From assembly GCA_045658885.1 (NCBI GenBank), contig JAZOVU010000029.1, positions 74,652 to 138,651 on the forward strand: a stretch of DNA of 64,000 bases, in the 5' to 3' direction. Source of the stretch: Candidatus Pelethomonas sp. Its GTDB lineage: Bacteria; Bacillota; Clostridia; Oscillospirales; Oscillospiraceae. Numbering within the stretch: position 1 is the first letter of the stretch; each line of letters starts with the position of its first letter. The notes under the pieces are model-generated. The model did not search any database and was not told where the DNA came from. It saw only the letters and a program-made list of their open reading frames with translations. A program made the translations under genes and the position numbers. This document shows positions 49,001 through 56,646 of the stretch, one piece after another.

Positions 49001-50279
49001 ATACTCCTCCGTACGCACCAATACCCGACAGCAGTTTACTCAAAACTGCCTCGCTGGTGCCGACCAGAGTAGCAACCGTTTTTGCTTCCTCTTTGCTCCG
49101 CCCCTCCGCAAGGGCCTGCTGGTAAGTACCTCCTGCGGAAGCCAGACCCACGGAGCCTGCTGCAAGCGATTGGGACAGCACAGCAGGCGCACCGAGCGCA
49201 CCAGCTATCGAGCCGACCAGGATAGAGGGAGCCTGATGGGATACCTGATGGACCACATCGTAGGCGGCGCGTCCGAGGAATCCCTGGTCGTCACGGACCT
49301 CCTGTCCAGCGAACTGTATCGTGCTGGTTGGCAGACGATACTCCTCACCGAGCTGTTTGATGTCTTGTGCATAGCGGTCCAGACCTGTACTGGTTGCTAC
49401 ACCTGCCACCGCAAGCGGATGCAACACGGTGCCCTTGGTTTTCTCAACATCCTCTGCTATGTGCTTTCCATATCTGGCACGGAGCTGTTCCGTAATCGAA
49501 TCCAGATATCGCTGTGCAGATGGATTTCCCTCTTTCGCCAGCAGATAGTTATAGATGCTAACCTCGTCATCCGTCATATAGGTGTAAAGTGCATCACCAA
49601 CAAACTGAGATTTATCGTCGGATTCCAGCCGTCTGGTAATTTCCTCGCTGTTGTCCCGCGAGAAAGTCACGATATTCCCAACCTGCTCTGCACTGGGTCG
49701 CCACCCGAACAAATTCATCTTCCCCTGTGCATCCGCAAAGGATGGATTTTGAATATTCGCCCCCTGATGGCTGTATTGCTCAAAATCTGGAGCTTGGAGA
49801 TAGGCAGAATAATCCGTATGTTGCTTCCGATACTCCTCATACGCATCTTGTGCCGGCGTACCGATAAAGGACTTCACCGCATCTGCATATTGCGATAGCT
49901 GCTTGGTATTGACATCTGAGGCCAGCACCTGCAAACGCTGAGAAAGAGGTCGAGATTGTTGCATTTTCTCAGTTTCTGCCCGGTCTTTCAGCATCTGGTG
50001 AGCCAGAGAAGTATCATCTACCTTGGATGGCCTGGGTCGAGTACGAAAAGCTTCTTTCTGTCTGTTTTCCACCCATGCGGCCGTACGCGCTACATTGCGC
50101 TGCTGTTCCTCTCTCGCCTGCCGGTGTTGGTTGCGCTGTGCGACGGTATCAACCTGACGCTTCGTGTTTCCCATCAGCTCTGACAATGTTCTGCTCTGAC
50201 CGACCGCCGACTGCGAGGAGCCGACGGTGGTATCATGCGTATCATTTTGCCTGCGTATCAATTCCGAAAGCGTTGTCAT
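43002..50279 (-). CDS. giant (2425 aa) phage virion-type multidomain protein with an HExxH motif; candidate polyvalent/ejection protein
   Basis: An uninterrupted 7.3-kb ORF with a GGGGGAG RBS, last gene of the head operon. It has a Gly/Ala-rich hydrophobic block (about aa 340-470), HEITHH at aa 657-662, long K/E/R coiled-coil stretches, and a Trp-rich C-terminal half. Confidence 0.75.
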   Translation of the reverse strand: MTTLSELIRRQNDTHDTTVGSSQSAVGQSRTLSELMGNTKRQVDTVAQRNQHRQAREEQQRNVARTAAWVENRQKEAFRTRPRPSKVDDTSLAHQMLKDRAETEKMQQSRPLSQRLQVLASDVNTKQLSQYADAVKSFIGTPAQDAYEEYRKQHTDYSAYLQAPDFEQYSHQGANIQNPSFADAQGKMNLFGWRPSAEQVGNIVTFSRDNSEEITRRLESDDKSQFVGDALYTYMTDDEVSIYNYLLAKEGNPSAQRYLDSITEQLRARYGKHIAEDVEKTKGTVLHPLAVAGVATSTGLDRYAQDIKQLGEEYRLPTSTIQFAGQEVRDDQGFLGRAAYDVVHQVSHQAPSILVGSIAGALGAPAVLSQSLAAGSVGLASAGGTYQQALAEGRSKEEAKTVATLVGTSEAVLSKLLSGIGAYGGVSAEKLLPKVAAIENAAWRVLGATGVKLGGEVVEEEMQNFLEPLFRTIVYGDQYDAPTSEELAYTAFITALSTGLLEGGEIAQYRTSDGARRAVGTTVTDADSEEQSVTSEREQGKAQGNADAPVDEKAKRESLFFDALFGRNKKTVSALNTEKETQSEKTNTTDSMQPGFYTSDRFHGSTEDAAYLDRLAKAVGVSIEMAAASENSNGWIVNGRVYISENADDPVKIVAKHEITHHLKDVAGETYNQYRKYVAQIYQNRGTLEQRIEQIIQLYEREGQNLTREQAMDELAADFAGNLLDNEVLIRKLAGEDRTLAKNIFDAIQDVIRRIKTMLSGREVQQLDRAARLWESALEEANSGKNRDTTSSKIRYSFKDTNIDRMFLEYNDVETTADAIADTASDIRRDGASVSIRWEDVERYASELDWSQSNQRAARKFIQKILTDVLGDDSVTFSIKNGTVVAHLTGKGKDHYTGYATPQKAAVAKTVRELLGTARYAYSTRHDEHSKIGSSPTGQPGWDNFVAVVQITGGPYHGETVPFVIATREIESDQRAQIYDMQIKTEMATSREGVPADAGSRSSYGGFTISAENITRNAHNIKDFFEHAESEERKSVKGVRDLQKQIDALERQNQRLKEQMKRTDAPKQNREAVRLVAAALRQEFGSKIDEKELTDRLDVLYQSIHAKGGNAYGQLNKKNKPLDEIRAEAHSIAFDILDQSIADAGTLSNDYRELRSKIKKEEITIAEKNRAELQYFGYRGYEDFKNRNSRRLTLVEDGRSVESLYQELSEDYPDLFPDDMLSAGQQLTRISDVLQDLEMVAENPKAYNRKNLLIDRLAGEILERFYQTPRKNPTWADREYQKRQKQRVKDLKILRAEIKAHATQHEYDIEKLHERYAERNRLRIEKQNAAQRRETIYRHAFRLGKKFLRPTNKQHIPEELRGAVLHLLRYINLESGFEYEFAQDAMYRRVIPGSVLGAEKTNRTIAAIALREQLEQVAQREILCIDPELNDRLQAIAGMGEKTLKEMNREELDMVWEVLATIEKTIVQADKLHNEGRYKTVSAMADAIARDNKGKTDRVIFSDKGLGKTIGAADQLLNFDMLTPETFLHKLGDTGDELFRMMRQAEDRQIAILSEGVEKAKKLVEETGVDFSKLDKELHTFDFDGGSLTLSTSQIMELYALTNREQALPHIFIGGLNSIGATKGILDKGNVQPVQVSEHDLTEIISTLTNSQKKLMDGLQKYFSTTLAAHGNAETMKVYGYKKFKEEYYWPIKVTKTENKSDPTSKVREKTIPGYGMTKLTQPDAANPVELRSAMDSFTAHLNQMSTYAAWLGTNEDITRLLNFQYLDESNNAESDKAPTVKDTVKRILKSVYGNNGEAYLEHLLGDIAQGTKAGQEKAVTEVMTGNWKMAKVGSNLRVIIQQPTAIIRAAAMLDPKYFLTGNNPQKGWEKAKKYSPIAQWKDWGYFELDTGRSLRALIAGESKIDKIKNRFMWAAGVADNITWGHLWNAVEKETADKHPELEKGSTAFYQMVAKRFGEIVDRTQVVDSVLHRTQIMRSGNALNKMATSFMSEPSKVYNMVLRDVSDLIDAKDNVAKKRAWNATARSTAALIISFGVNAIMQSLVDALRDDDREKGYWEKFWESYFGFTGEETTFGDYHASFWEGNFQQNFNPFGYIPYIKDGMAAIQGYSVDRADMTSVTELIDATRRLATSLSGEGEKTILATGLEAACKLGDLFGLPVSNLKQNATSIVSTILSENDLFELQYELDKLTYNEDTASGVFYDNIYRAMNADLDTYQDIYEDFYEGLLQRCVDGGVDEEEAVEEAVGKIKKAMEDRMKAQIGVKSNGSLPVRWVPPTESDSLDEKAKKFLQLLSLGEKTGGWASQLPKGTIEVAHEVDAVRDGTNLEKYIVVANGAYDEVIKELMLSNIMGDNAYQRYMIARRQKVSTKDYIAVLARAEANAKRRDSENVSKADIEAALMASRLTAKQKRAIWDSYGWKTKSPW

Positions 50280-50291
50280 CTTCGCTCCCCC

Positions 50292-52394
50292 TTACCCAAG
50301 CTGTACGGGGCTGTATTCTCCGCTCCCATAATGGATAGGCTCTGCCGAAATCCCTAAACCATTATTGTCCTCTGTAATGTATTTGTTGCCTGTGAGCTGA
50401 CTATAGCTGTAGCCACAGAGGACACGGAAAATCCAATCCGCTTCTTCCAATGTAATCACACCAGATTCCACCATCTCACCCAGATACTTGTCGGTCAGGT
50501 CTGCGGAACCCTTCTTCTTAGCCACGGAAACAACATCATCATAGCCCGCACTGCTACCAACACCGCCAGCAGTACCGCCCTGTGAGCCACCAGAACCAAC
50601 CTGTGAATCGCGATATTTCTCCTGTTGCAGGGCAAATTCTTGATTCCACTGGTCCAGTGCTGCCTGAAACTCCTGTTCCCACTGGTTATTCTTAATATTG
50701 GCCTGTTGCTGATTGAAGCCAAATTCTTGATTCCATTGGTCCAATGCCGCCTGAAACTTTTGTGTCCACTGGTCGTTGGCAATATCGGCCTGCTGTTGGT
50801 TAAACCCGAACTCCTTGGCCCACTGCTCCAAAGCGGCATTAAATTCCTGTTGCCACTGGCTATCGGAAGCATTGGCGCGCCCCTGCTGGAACGCAAACTC
50901 CTTCGCCCACTGTTCCAAAGACGCGGCAAACTGTGCCTTGGAAAGCCCAAACTCCTGTTCCCACTGCGAAGCAGAGAGTTCCACCTGCTGTAAAGCCAGT
51001 TTATATTCCTGCTCCCACTGCTTGAGCTGTGCATTGAACTGGTCCACACTGAGGTTATATTCCGCCGCCCACTGCTCCAGAGAGAGAAGCTGTGCGAGAT
51101 AGTTCTGGGTGATGTCCAATGCCTTATCCGCTTTCTCAAACTCACCTTGCGCGCGGAGGTCCTCAATCTGTCGTGCCGTATCGGTGGAGAGTTTGGTCTG
51201 CGCCTGTTGCACAGCAAGCCGATTTTGGGCGGCCGTATTCTGGACAGAGGTATATTGTTCCTGTCCGATACCACCGTTGTCACCGCGAAGCTGGGCATAT
51301 AGTGCGGCATTGTCCATCGCCCGTCGTTCATCAATGGCAACACTCTCTGCCTGCCCCTTAAACTGTGTCTGTGCGTCCTGCAAAGCTCGTTCCAATCCAA
51401 GGACGGCCTGTTGTGTCGCATTGTCAATCTGGCCATTTATCTGTTCCTGTGTAGCGGTTTTCCACTGCTCCAACAGGGAAAGCAACTGCTCTTTCTGCAA
51501 ATAACTGAGCTGTTCCTGGGATGCGCTGGCCGCCAGTTCTTGCAAAGTTTTGCGAATGTTATCAAAAACGGCACTGCTCTCGTCTGCAATTGGATAATTG
51601 GTATACCCCTCTGTCGTTCCATATTGGTTGCGCCACGCATCCGTTGCCTGTTCGATTCCCAACTGTGCTAATGGGATATACATTGAGCCATCTGTTCCGC
51701 CAGAGTAACCAGCACGGGCGCGTGTTTTTTCGGCCTCGTTGTGCCAGTAAGCCTTATCCTCCGCAGTGGTTGCCTTGGCATACATCTCCTTGCAGTACTG
51801 AATATAGGCGTAGGCACCGTCGCTCAAATGCGCCTCATCCGCACCAGATGCTCCTTGTGCCACTGGTCTGGCCGTCCCATCGTAGTAATACCACACGCCG
51901 TCCTCATAAACCCCTTCTACTGGGTCGCCACTGCCACCCCCAGCGATGGCAGTATCTCTATCCTGCGTATAGCCACCTTTTTGGGAGTATTCATCCAGCA
52001 AAGCCGGGTCAATCCCTGCAGCAATCAGCTGTTGTCTTAGTTGCTCGGTGGTGTAGGCATTGCTACTACTAGCATTTTGGCTCTGGTACTGCTTTTCCTG
52101 TGCAAGCTGTTGGTCATATCCCTGCTGGCCACTACCACCCTCACCCCATATCTGTTGATTCAGGCTGGTGTACTCGTCCGCCGAGTTCTGTGTCGTCGAT
52201 GTTGTAGTTGATGTCGTGTTAGCCGTGTCGTTGGTGGTCTTTGGTTGTGTTGCAGAGTTACCCATAATCTGCACATCATAGCTTGGTCGCTGTACGGGCA
52301 ATTCCACATCCCCTTTTCTAGGCGGTCTGGGAAGTGGTCGTATCGTACCAATCTTCTCAATCAGTTTTGGTCTGCGCTGTTCCTCTCTCGTCAT
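50292..52394 (-). CDS. Q/W-rich repeat-containing phage structural protein (701 aa)
   Basis: Start at MTREEQ has a GAGGGAA RBS and lies 10 nt after the portal stop. It has a Thr/Ser/Gln-rich N-terminus, coiled-coil-like Q-rich segments, and 29-aa tandem repeats. Confidence 0.7.
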   Translation of the reverse strand: MTREEQRRPKLIEKIGTIRPLPRPPRKGDVELPVQRPSYDVQIMGNSATQPKTTNDTANTTSTTTSTTQNSADEYTSLNQQIWGEGGSGQQGYDQQLAQEKQYQSQNASSSNAYTTEQLRQQLIAAGIDPALLDEYSQKGGYTQDRDTAIAGGGSGDPVEGVYEDGVWYYYDGTARPVAQGASGADEAHLSDGAYAYIQYCKEMYAKATTAEDKAYWHNEAEKTRARAGYSGGTDGSMYIPLAQLGIEQATDAWRNQYGTTEGYTNYPIADESSAVFDNIRKTLQELAASASQEQLSYLQKEQLLSLLEQWKTATQEQINGQIDNATQQAVLGLERALQDAQTQFKGQAESVAIDERRAMDNAALYAQLRGDNGGIGQEQYTSVQNTAAQNRLAVQQAQTKLSTDTARQIEDLRAQGEFEKADKALDITQNYLAQLLSLEQWAAEYNLSVDQFNAQLKQWEQEYKLALQQVELSASQWEQEFGLSKAQFAASLEQWAKEFAFQQGRANASDSQWQQEFNAALEQWAKEFGFNQQQADIANDQWTQKFQAALDQWNQEFGFNQQQANIKNNQWEQEFQAALDQWNQEFALQQEKYRDSQVGSGGSQGGTAGGVGSSAGYDDVVSVAKKKGSADLTDKYLGEMVESGVITLEEADWIFRVLCGYSYSQLTGNKYITEDNNGLGISAEPIHYGSGEYSPVQLG
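50612..51070 (-). repeat. degenerate 87-bp (29-aa) in-frame tandem repeats
   Basis: Units begin near 50639, 50726 and 50813, with more diverged units up to about 51070. The consensus peptide is QWxQEFxAALxQWxxEFGFNQQQAxIxNx. Confidence 0.85.
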
Positions 52395-52404
52395 TTCCGT
52401 TCCC

Positions 52405-54258
52405 TCACTTTCCCATAGCCCCGATACGCCTGAGTGCAGACTGTGCACTGGGCGGCATCTTGCTGTACTGCATCTGCATATTGATGGGGAGATTCGCAAT
52501 TGCCTTATCCTCACTGATAGGGCCGCCAATGACAGAATTTTGTCCTGCACTCATGGCAACCGCACCACCAGACTTCGCCGCGTTGGTAGCGGAGGCACCC
52601 CCCTCCGCAATTCGCTTTTTAATCCCAGCAATCAACTCAGCCTTGCGGGGGATGAGCTTATCAGGAATACGCTCCAGATAATCGACAATTTCCAAAGTAC
52701 CGTCGCGACGCAGATTATCCAAGGTTTGTACCATCGCGATTTCGCTGTAGTAGGTAGTTGCACCAGCATTCACACGAACATTGAACCAAAGATTCTTAAA
52801 CTGTGCGAAATCATAAGGCTCCAACACTCGGCGCGTCACTTTATTCGTTTGCAACAAGCCTGTCGTTTGGTCGATGATGGGCATACCAGCAGCATCTAAC
52901 TGCGGTTCCTCCAGTGTTCTATCGTGTGCAAGCGGACGCTTGCCATAATAAGTACCAATCATATCTAGCAGGATACCGCCGACATCTTCCAGCCACTCAT
53001 ACAGTCCAGCTCTGGTATTTTCCAACGGTACTTCCGCACTGGACTGTAGCACCATCAGCGCACTGGTGTTATCGGGTTTGACATTACCCAACTGTGCGTC
53101 CGTTGCGCCAAGACAGTCCTTTGTATACCCCACCGCCTTATCGATAGCCATAATAATCTGATTGGACATATCCGCTGGTTGTAGGTTATATGCCACCTGA
53201 GAAATATTCTGCCCAGGCATCAGACCGCGCACCCCGATGGCCTGTCCGACCTCGTTACTCCACTGGCTGATGAGGTCTGCGTTGTATACCGTCTTGGGGA
53301 ATCCCATCAGCTGTAGGTGACGCATCACCATCGCAAACATGGTGTTGATAAAGATTTGATTAGGGATAATCCCCGTGACGAGGGCGCGCCCGTGGTACTG
53401 ATTTTTCTGTTTCTCCCAGTTTCCCCACGCGATAGGATAACGGCTCAACCCTGTGTTCACATCTTCATAAATCACACAGGATTTGGTCGCCTTGGTAACA
53501 TAGACGGTACCATTTTTCTTTTCATACAGATACAGGAACAGTGCTTTTCCATTCTCGCCATCTGCCGCAAGTTCCGTCTTGCCACCGCTACCAGCCATAT
53601 CAAAGAACTCGCTGTCCGAACCAATCTCTCCGCTGGACACATCATCGGCGTATGCCTTGCGTTCTTCCTCCAGATTGGCAACCGTATCACGACCTACAAT
53701 GAGGATATACGGTTGTTTCTCCACATTGGCGACATTGGGATTGCCGAACATGACATTGATACCATCCACCATCTCCATCTGAATCTCACCACGGTAGTCC
53801 CCGAACGCACCGCCGTAGGGGATGGCATTGGCATCCCAATAAAAATGCGCGCAATAGTCACCCGTCTGCGCGCCATCAAAGAGTGCTTCGCGGATGCGGT
53901 AATCCATCTTAAACTTTTCCAGAAGATTTTGCACTTCTGCCGTAGCAATAGCGGCAACATTGCGGTCCGCAGGCGCACCACTGGCTTCTCCGCTGTAGTA
54001 ACTCAACTCGTCAAAGCTGATAGAGGATGAGCTACTGGTGAGCGAGGCCACAAATAGGCTGACCACACGCTTGATGATGTTGAAAGTCGGCTTGGGTAGT
54101 TTGGCCATCGCACTTGTCTGCGGCAGGTGCAACCACTGGTTTCCAGCAAAAAACTCGATGTTCGTATTCACAAGGTCATACTGGTTTGGGGTGAGGCGAG
54201 AATTATACTCGCGTCCCTGCTCATACCACTGCCACGCCTTTGTTACTTTTTCTTTCAA
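52405..54258 (-). CDS. phage portal (head-to-tail connector) protein, TTG start
   Basis: 617 aa. N-terminal NIEFFAGNQW and PKPTFNIIKR resemble P22/T7-type portal proteins. It lies in the head module and overlaps the upstream small ORF as TTGA. Confidence 0.72.
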   Translation of the reverse strand: MKEKVTKAWQWYEQGREYNSRLTPNQYDLVNTNIEFFAGNQWLHLPQTSAMAKLPKPTFNIIKRVVSLFVASLTSSSSSISFDELSYYSGEASGAPADRNVAAIATAEVQNLLEKFKMDYRIREALFDGAQTGDYCAHFYWDANAIPYGGAFGDYRGEIQMEMVDGINVMFGNPNVANVEKQPYILIVGRDTVANLEEERKAYADDVSSGEIGSDSEFFDMAGSGGKTELAADGENGKALFLYLYEKKNGTVYVTKATKSCVIYEDVNTGLSRYPIAWGNWEKQKNQYHGRALVTGIIPNQIFINTMFAMVMRHLQLMGFPKTVYNADLISQWSNEVGQAIGVRGLMPGQNISQVAYNLQPADMSNQIIMAIDKAVGYTKDCLGATDAQLGNVKPDNTSALMVLQSSAEVPLENTRAGLYEWLEDVGGILLDMIGTYYGKRPLAHDRTLEEPQLDAAGMPIIDQTTGLLQTNKVTRRVLEPYDFAQFKNLWFNVRVNAGATTYYSEIAMVQTLDNLRRDGTLEIVDYLERIPDKLIPRKAELIAGIKKRIAEGGASATNAAKSGGAVAMSAGQNSVIGGPISEDKAIANLPINMQMQYSKMPPSAQSALRRIGAMGK

Positions 54259-54503
54259 AATCTATCATCTCCCTCTGTACGATTGATTCCATATGCCGTG
54301 TCCTGGTTGTAGTTGAGCATACTTTCAAACGCTCTCTGTTGGGCCATGAGCTGCATCTGCTCCTCATGTGTCGCCATTTCTACCTGATGCTTGCGGCTGT
54401 ACCGCACGAAAGCATGGTTAGCATACCATCCTGCAAAAAAGCCGCAGGCAAGCAGTACGAGTACAGCCAACATCCCAACGGCACCGTATATCAGATACAT
54501 CAT
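54255..54503 (-). CDS. small single-pass membrane protein
   Basis: 82 aa. N-terminal hydrophobic helix (LIYGAVGMLAVLVLLACGFFAGW). Translationally coupled to the portal gene. Confidence 0.45.
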   Translation of the reverse strand: MMYLIYGAVGMLAVLVLLACGFFAGWYANHAFVRYSRKHQVEMATHEEQMQLMAQQRAFESMLNYNQDTAYGINRTEGDDRF

Positions 54504-54537
54504 ATCTGTTTCTCCCTATTCTGGATATATTCTAAAG

Positions 54538-54595
54538 GCTCCCCTTGTTCCCAAGGGGAGCTGACGGAGGGGATGGGCAGACCGCAATCCCCTCC
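54538..54595 (-). terminator. two strong hairpins downstream of the capsid gene (candidate attenuator/partial terminator)
   Basis: GCTCCCCTTG-TTCC-CAAGGGGAGC (54538-54561) and GGAGGGGAT-12 nt-ATCCCCTCC (54566-54595). Only a weak U-run follows on the minus strand. Confidence 0.45.
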
Positions 54596-54617
54596 TCTAG
54601 TCCGTTCTACTTGTGTA

Positions 54618-55739
54618 TCAACCGATATGCAGGATGGCATCTCCGATGGCAATTGGCATATTGTCCGCATCGACTTCCACGACGCGAACCGCCGTATGGC
54701 CACTGGCTGGCTTGATTTCCAGACGATTGGAGCTCAGAGCCGTCCATTCGGAAACAGTCAGTGCCGTGCCATAAGTAACAGCAGGCAGACTGCCCTGTTC
54801 CTTAGCAGTAACATAGTAGCGCGTAGTACCCTCCTTTTCGCTAGTGACAATAATGGTGGACTTACCAGCGGTAGTTGCCGCTGTTCCGACAATCAGATTT
54901 TTCAAGACAGCCTGACTGCCGTGATAGTAGATAGCAGACGCTTTCTCATCGAGAACAAAGCAGTCATACATCATGCGTCCCTCGACCAACCAGCCAGAGA
55001 TACCAGGAGGATTGTCGTGAATTTTATAGTCGGTCAACTGCTTGGGCGCGGTGGCGGCCATCTTATGTGCAATCAAGAAAGCTGCGCCAGCAGGCAAACG
55101 ATTGGAGGGAACCTTCACAATCTTGCAACCGTCCACCTCACCGATGACACCTTTTTCCAACATCGCCTGTCGCTGGTCGCCGTAGTTGACAAACGCGCTG
55201 TCCTGCTTCAGAAAGTTCACGAACTGATAGGAACAAAAACACACGCGCCCCTTATCGGGAACATTGTGGTTCCCCAGATACTCCATACCGCTCAGAAACG
55301 CTTCATAGGCATTTTCCTTGGTAATCGCTCTGGTGGAATACGCACCGTGTCTGGTGGCGGCAGAGGCCATCGTTTTGAATACATAAGTATCAAACTCTGG
55401 GATGCACACCTCGCGTGTCTGACGGCTCAGAGCCTTACCTGCATCACTCACCATCTCGCTCTGGATTTTATCGCCGCGGTCGATGATAAAAGTGAACGCA
55501 CGGTCGCGCCTGACGGTCAGCTCCTGCACATTGCGGGTCAGGTCGCTGGCACTACCGTAGCGGTTCGCGCCACTGCGCTGGTAGTCGCCCATCGGTACGA
55601 CGGGAATCGAGAACACCTTGACCGTCTGCACGCCAGTAAACTTGTAGTCATCGTTCAATGCCAGGATAGCCTGACTTTCTCTGTGGAATCGCTCGTCCAC
55701 ATCTTTGGAATATTTGCTTGCGAGGTTAATCATAGACAT
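54618..55739 (-). CDS. major capsid protein (HK97-fold type) with a C-terminal Ig-like extension
   Basis: 373 aa, directly after the scaffold-like gene. Its N-terminal region resembles phage capsid families. The Thr/Val-rich beta C-terminus is typical of decoration or Ig-like domains. Confidence 0.72.
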   Translation of the reverse strand: MSMINLASKYSKDVDERFHRESQAILALNDDYKFTGVQTVKVFSIPVVPMGDYQRSGANRYGSASDLTRNVQELTVRRDRAFTFIIDRGDKIQSEMVSDAGKALSRQTREVCIPEFDTYVFKTMASAATRHGAYSTRAITKENAYEAFLSGMEYLGNHNVPDKGRVCFCSYQFVNFLKQDSAFVNYGDQRQAMLEKGVIGEVDGCKIVKVPSNRLPAGAAFLIAHKMAATAPKQLTDYKIHDNPPGISGWLVEGRMMYDCFVLDEKASAIYYHGSQAVLKNLIVGTAATTAGKSTIIVTSEKEGTTRYYVTAKEQGSLPAVTYGTALTVSEWTALSSNRLEIKPASGHTAVRVVEVDADNMPIAIGDAILHIG

Positions 55740-55773
55740 TGTTCCTGTTTCTCCTTTTCCTTGTTAATTCCTG

Positions 55774-56628
55774 TTAATCATCAGAATAAAACCCTCTGAG
55801 GAAGGGGTCATCCGCCTTGGTATTGGTTTTTCCACCAGCGGTTGCGCTTTTCACGGGACCTTTCGCGGCAGACACTGCGTTCTGCTTTGCGATTTCTAAG
55901 TCGCGGCGTAGCTTCTCGTTTTCTGCCCGTGCCTGCTTCGCCTCGTGTTCGGCATAGGCTACGCGCAGAGGGATATTGCGCCTTACGGCCTCGGATACGA
56001 CCTCCTGTGGCAGTGTCCCCCCGTTGGCAAGCTGTTGTCGCAACGCAGGGCGGTCGGCGGTCAGGTCGTGCAACTCCATCAAAAAATTACGGGCGGCCTG
56101 CTTCTGCTGTACAGGGGGTGTCTGCTGGGTTGCGGCGGACATTCTGCGTTCCACAATCTCACGGGCAACTTCGGGGTGTACAGGATGCTCTGGGTCCTCT
56201 ACCAGACGCTTGATTTCTGCCTCGCGGTAATTCTCTCTGGCCTTGTCCATCATCACCTGTGCGTTTTCGAAGCCCATCTTTTTGCTCAGAGCATCGTACC
56301 CACTCACGACACCCTCTAACTGCTGTACGCGCCTACGCAGCTGCACCACTTCCTGCTCGTGATTTTGTGTGGGGGTGGTGTTTCTTTTCTCCTCTGCGTC
56401 ACGCTGCGTCTGCTCCTCGCTGGGCTTCTCCTCGGTATCTTGAGCGGCCTTATCCGCCGTTTCACTGTCCGTCTGTACTTCCTCGGACTGCCTTCCCGTG
56501 TTCTCCTGTGTGGTACCACTCCAGCTCTCTGGCTGGAACAGGTCATCCCCCTCCTGGTAGCCGTCTGGCAGAATAGCGGCATCTTCATCGGGAACAACTG
56601 CGGTGTTCTCCATCTTTTCATTGTCCAT
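55774..56628 (-). CDS. scaffolding-like protein
   Basis: Acidic, low-complexity N-terminus and a long helical, charged C-terminus. The position between terL and the capsid gene supports the call. Confidence 0.55.
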   Translation of the reverse strand: MDNEKMENTAVVPDEDAAILPDGYQEGDDLFQPESWSGTTQENTGRQSEEVQTDSETADKAAQDTEEKPSEEQTQRDAEEKRNTTPTQNHEQEVVQLRRRVQQLEGVVSGYDALSKKMGFENAQVMMDKARENYREAEIKRLVEDPEHPVHPEVAREIVERRMSAATQQTPPVQQKQAARNFLMELHDLTADRPALRQQLANGGTLPQEVVSEAVRRNIPLRVAYAEHEAKQARAENEKLRRDLEIAKQNAVSAAKGPVKSATAGGKTNTKADDPFLRGFYSDD

Positions 56629-56646
56629 TTTGGAATCCTCCCTGAT

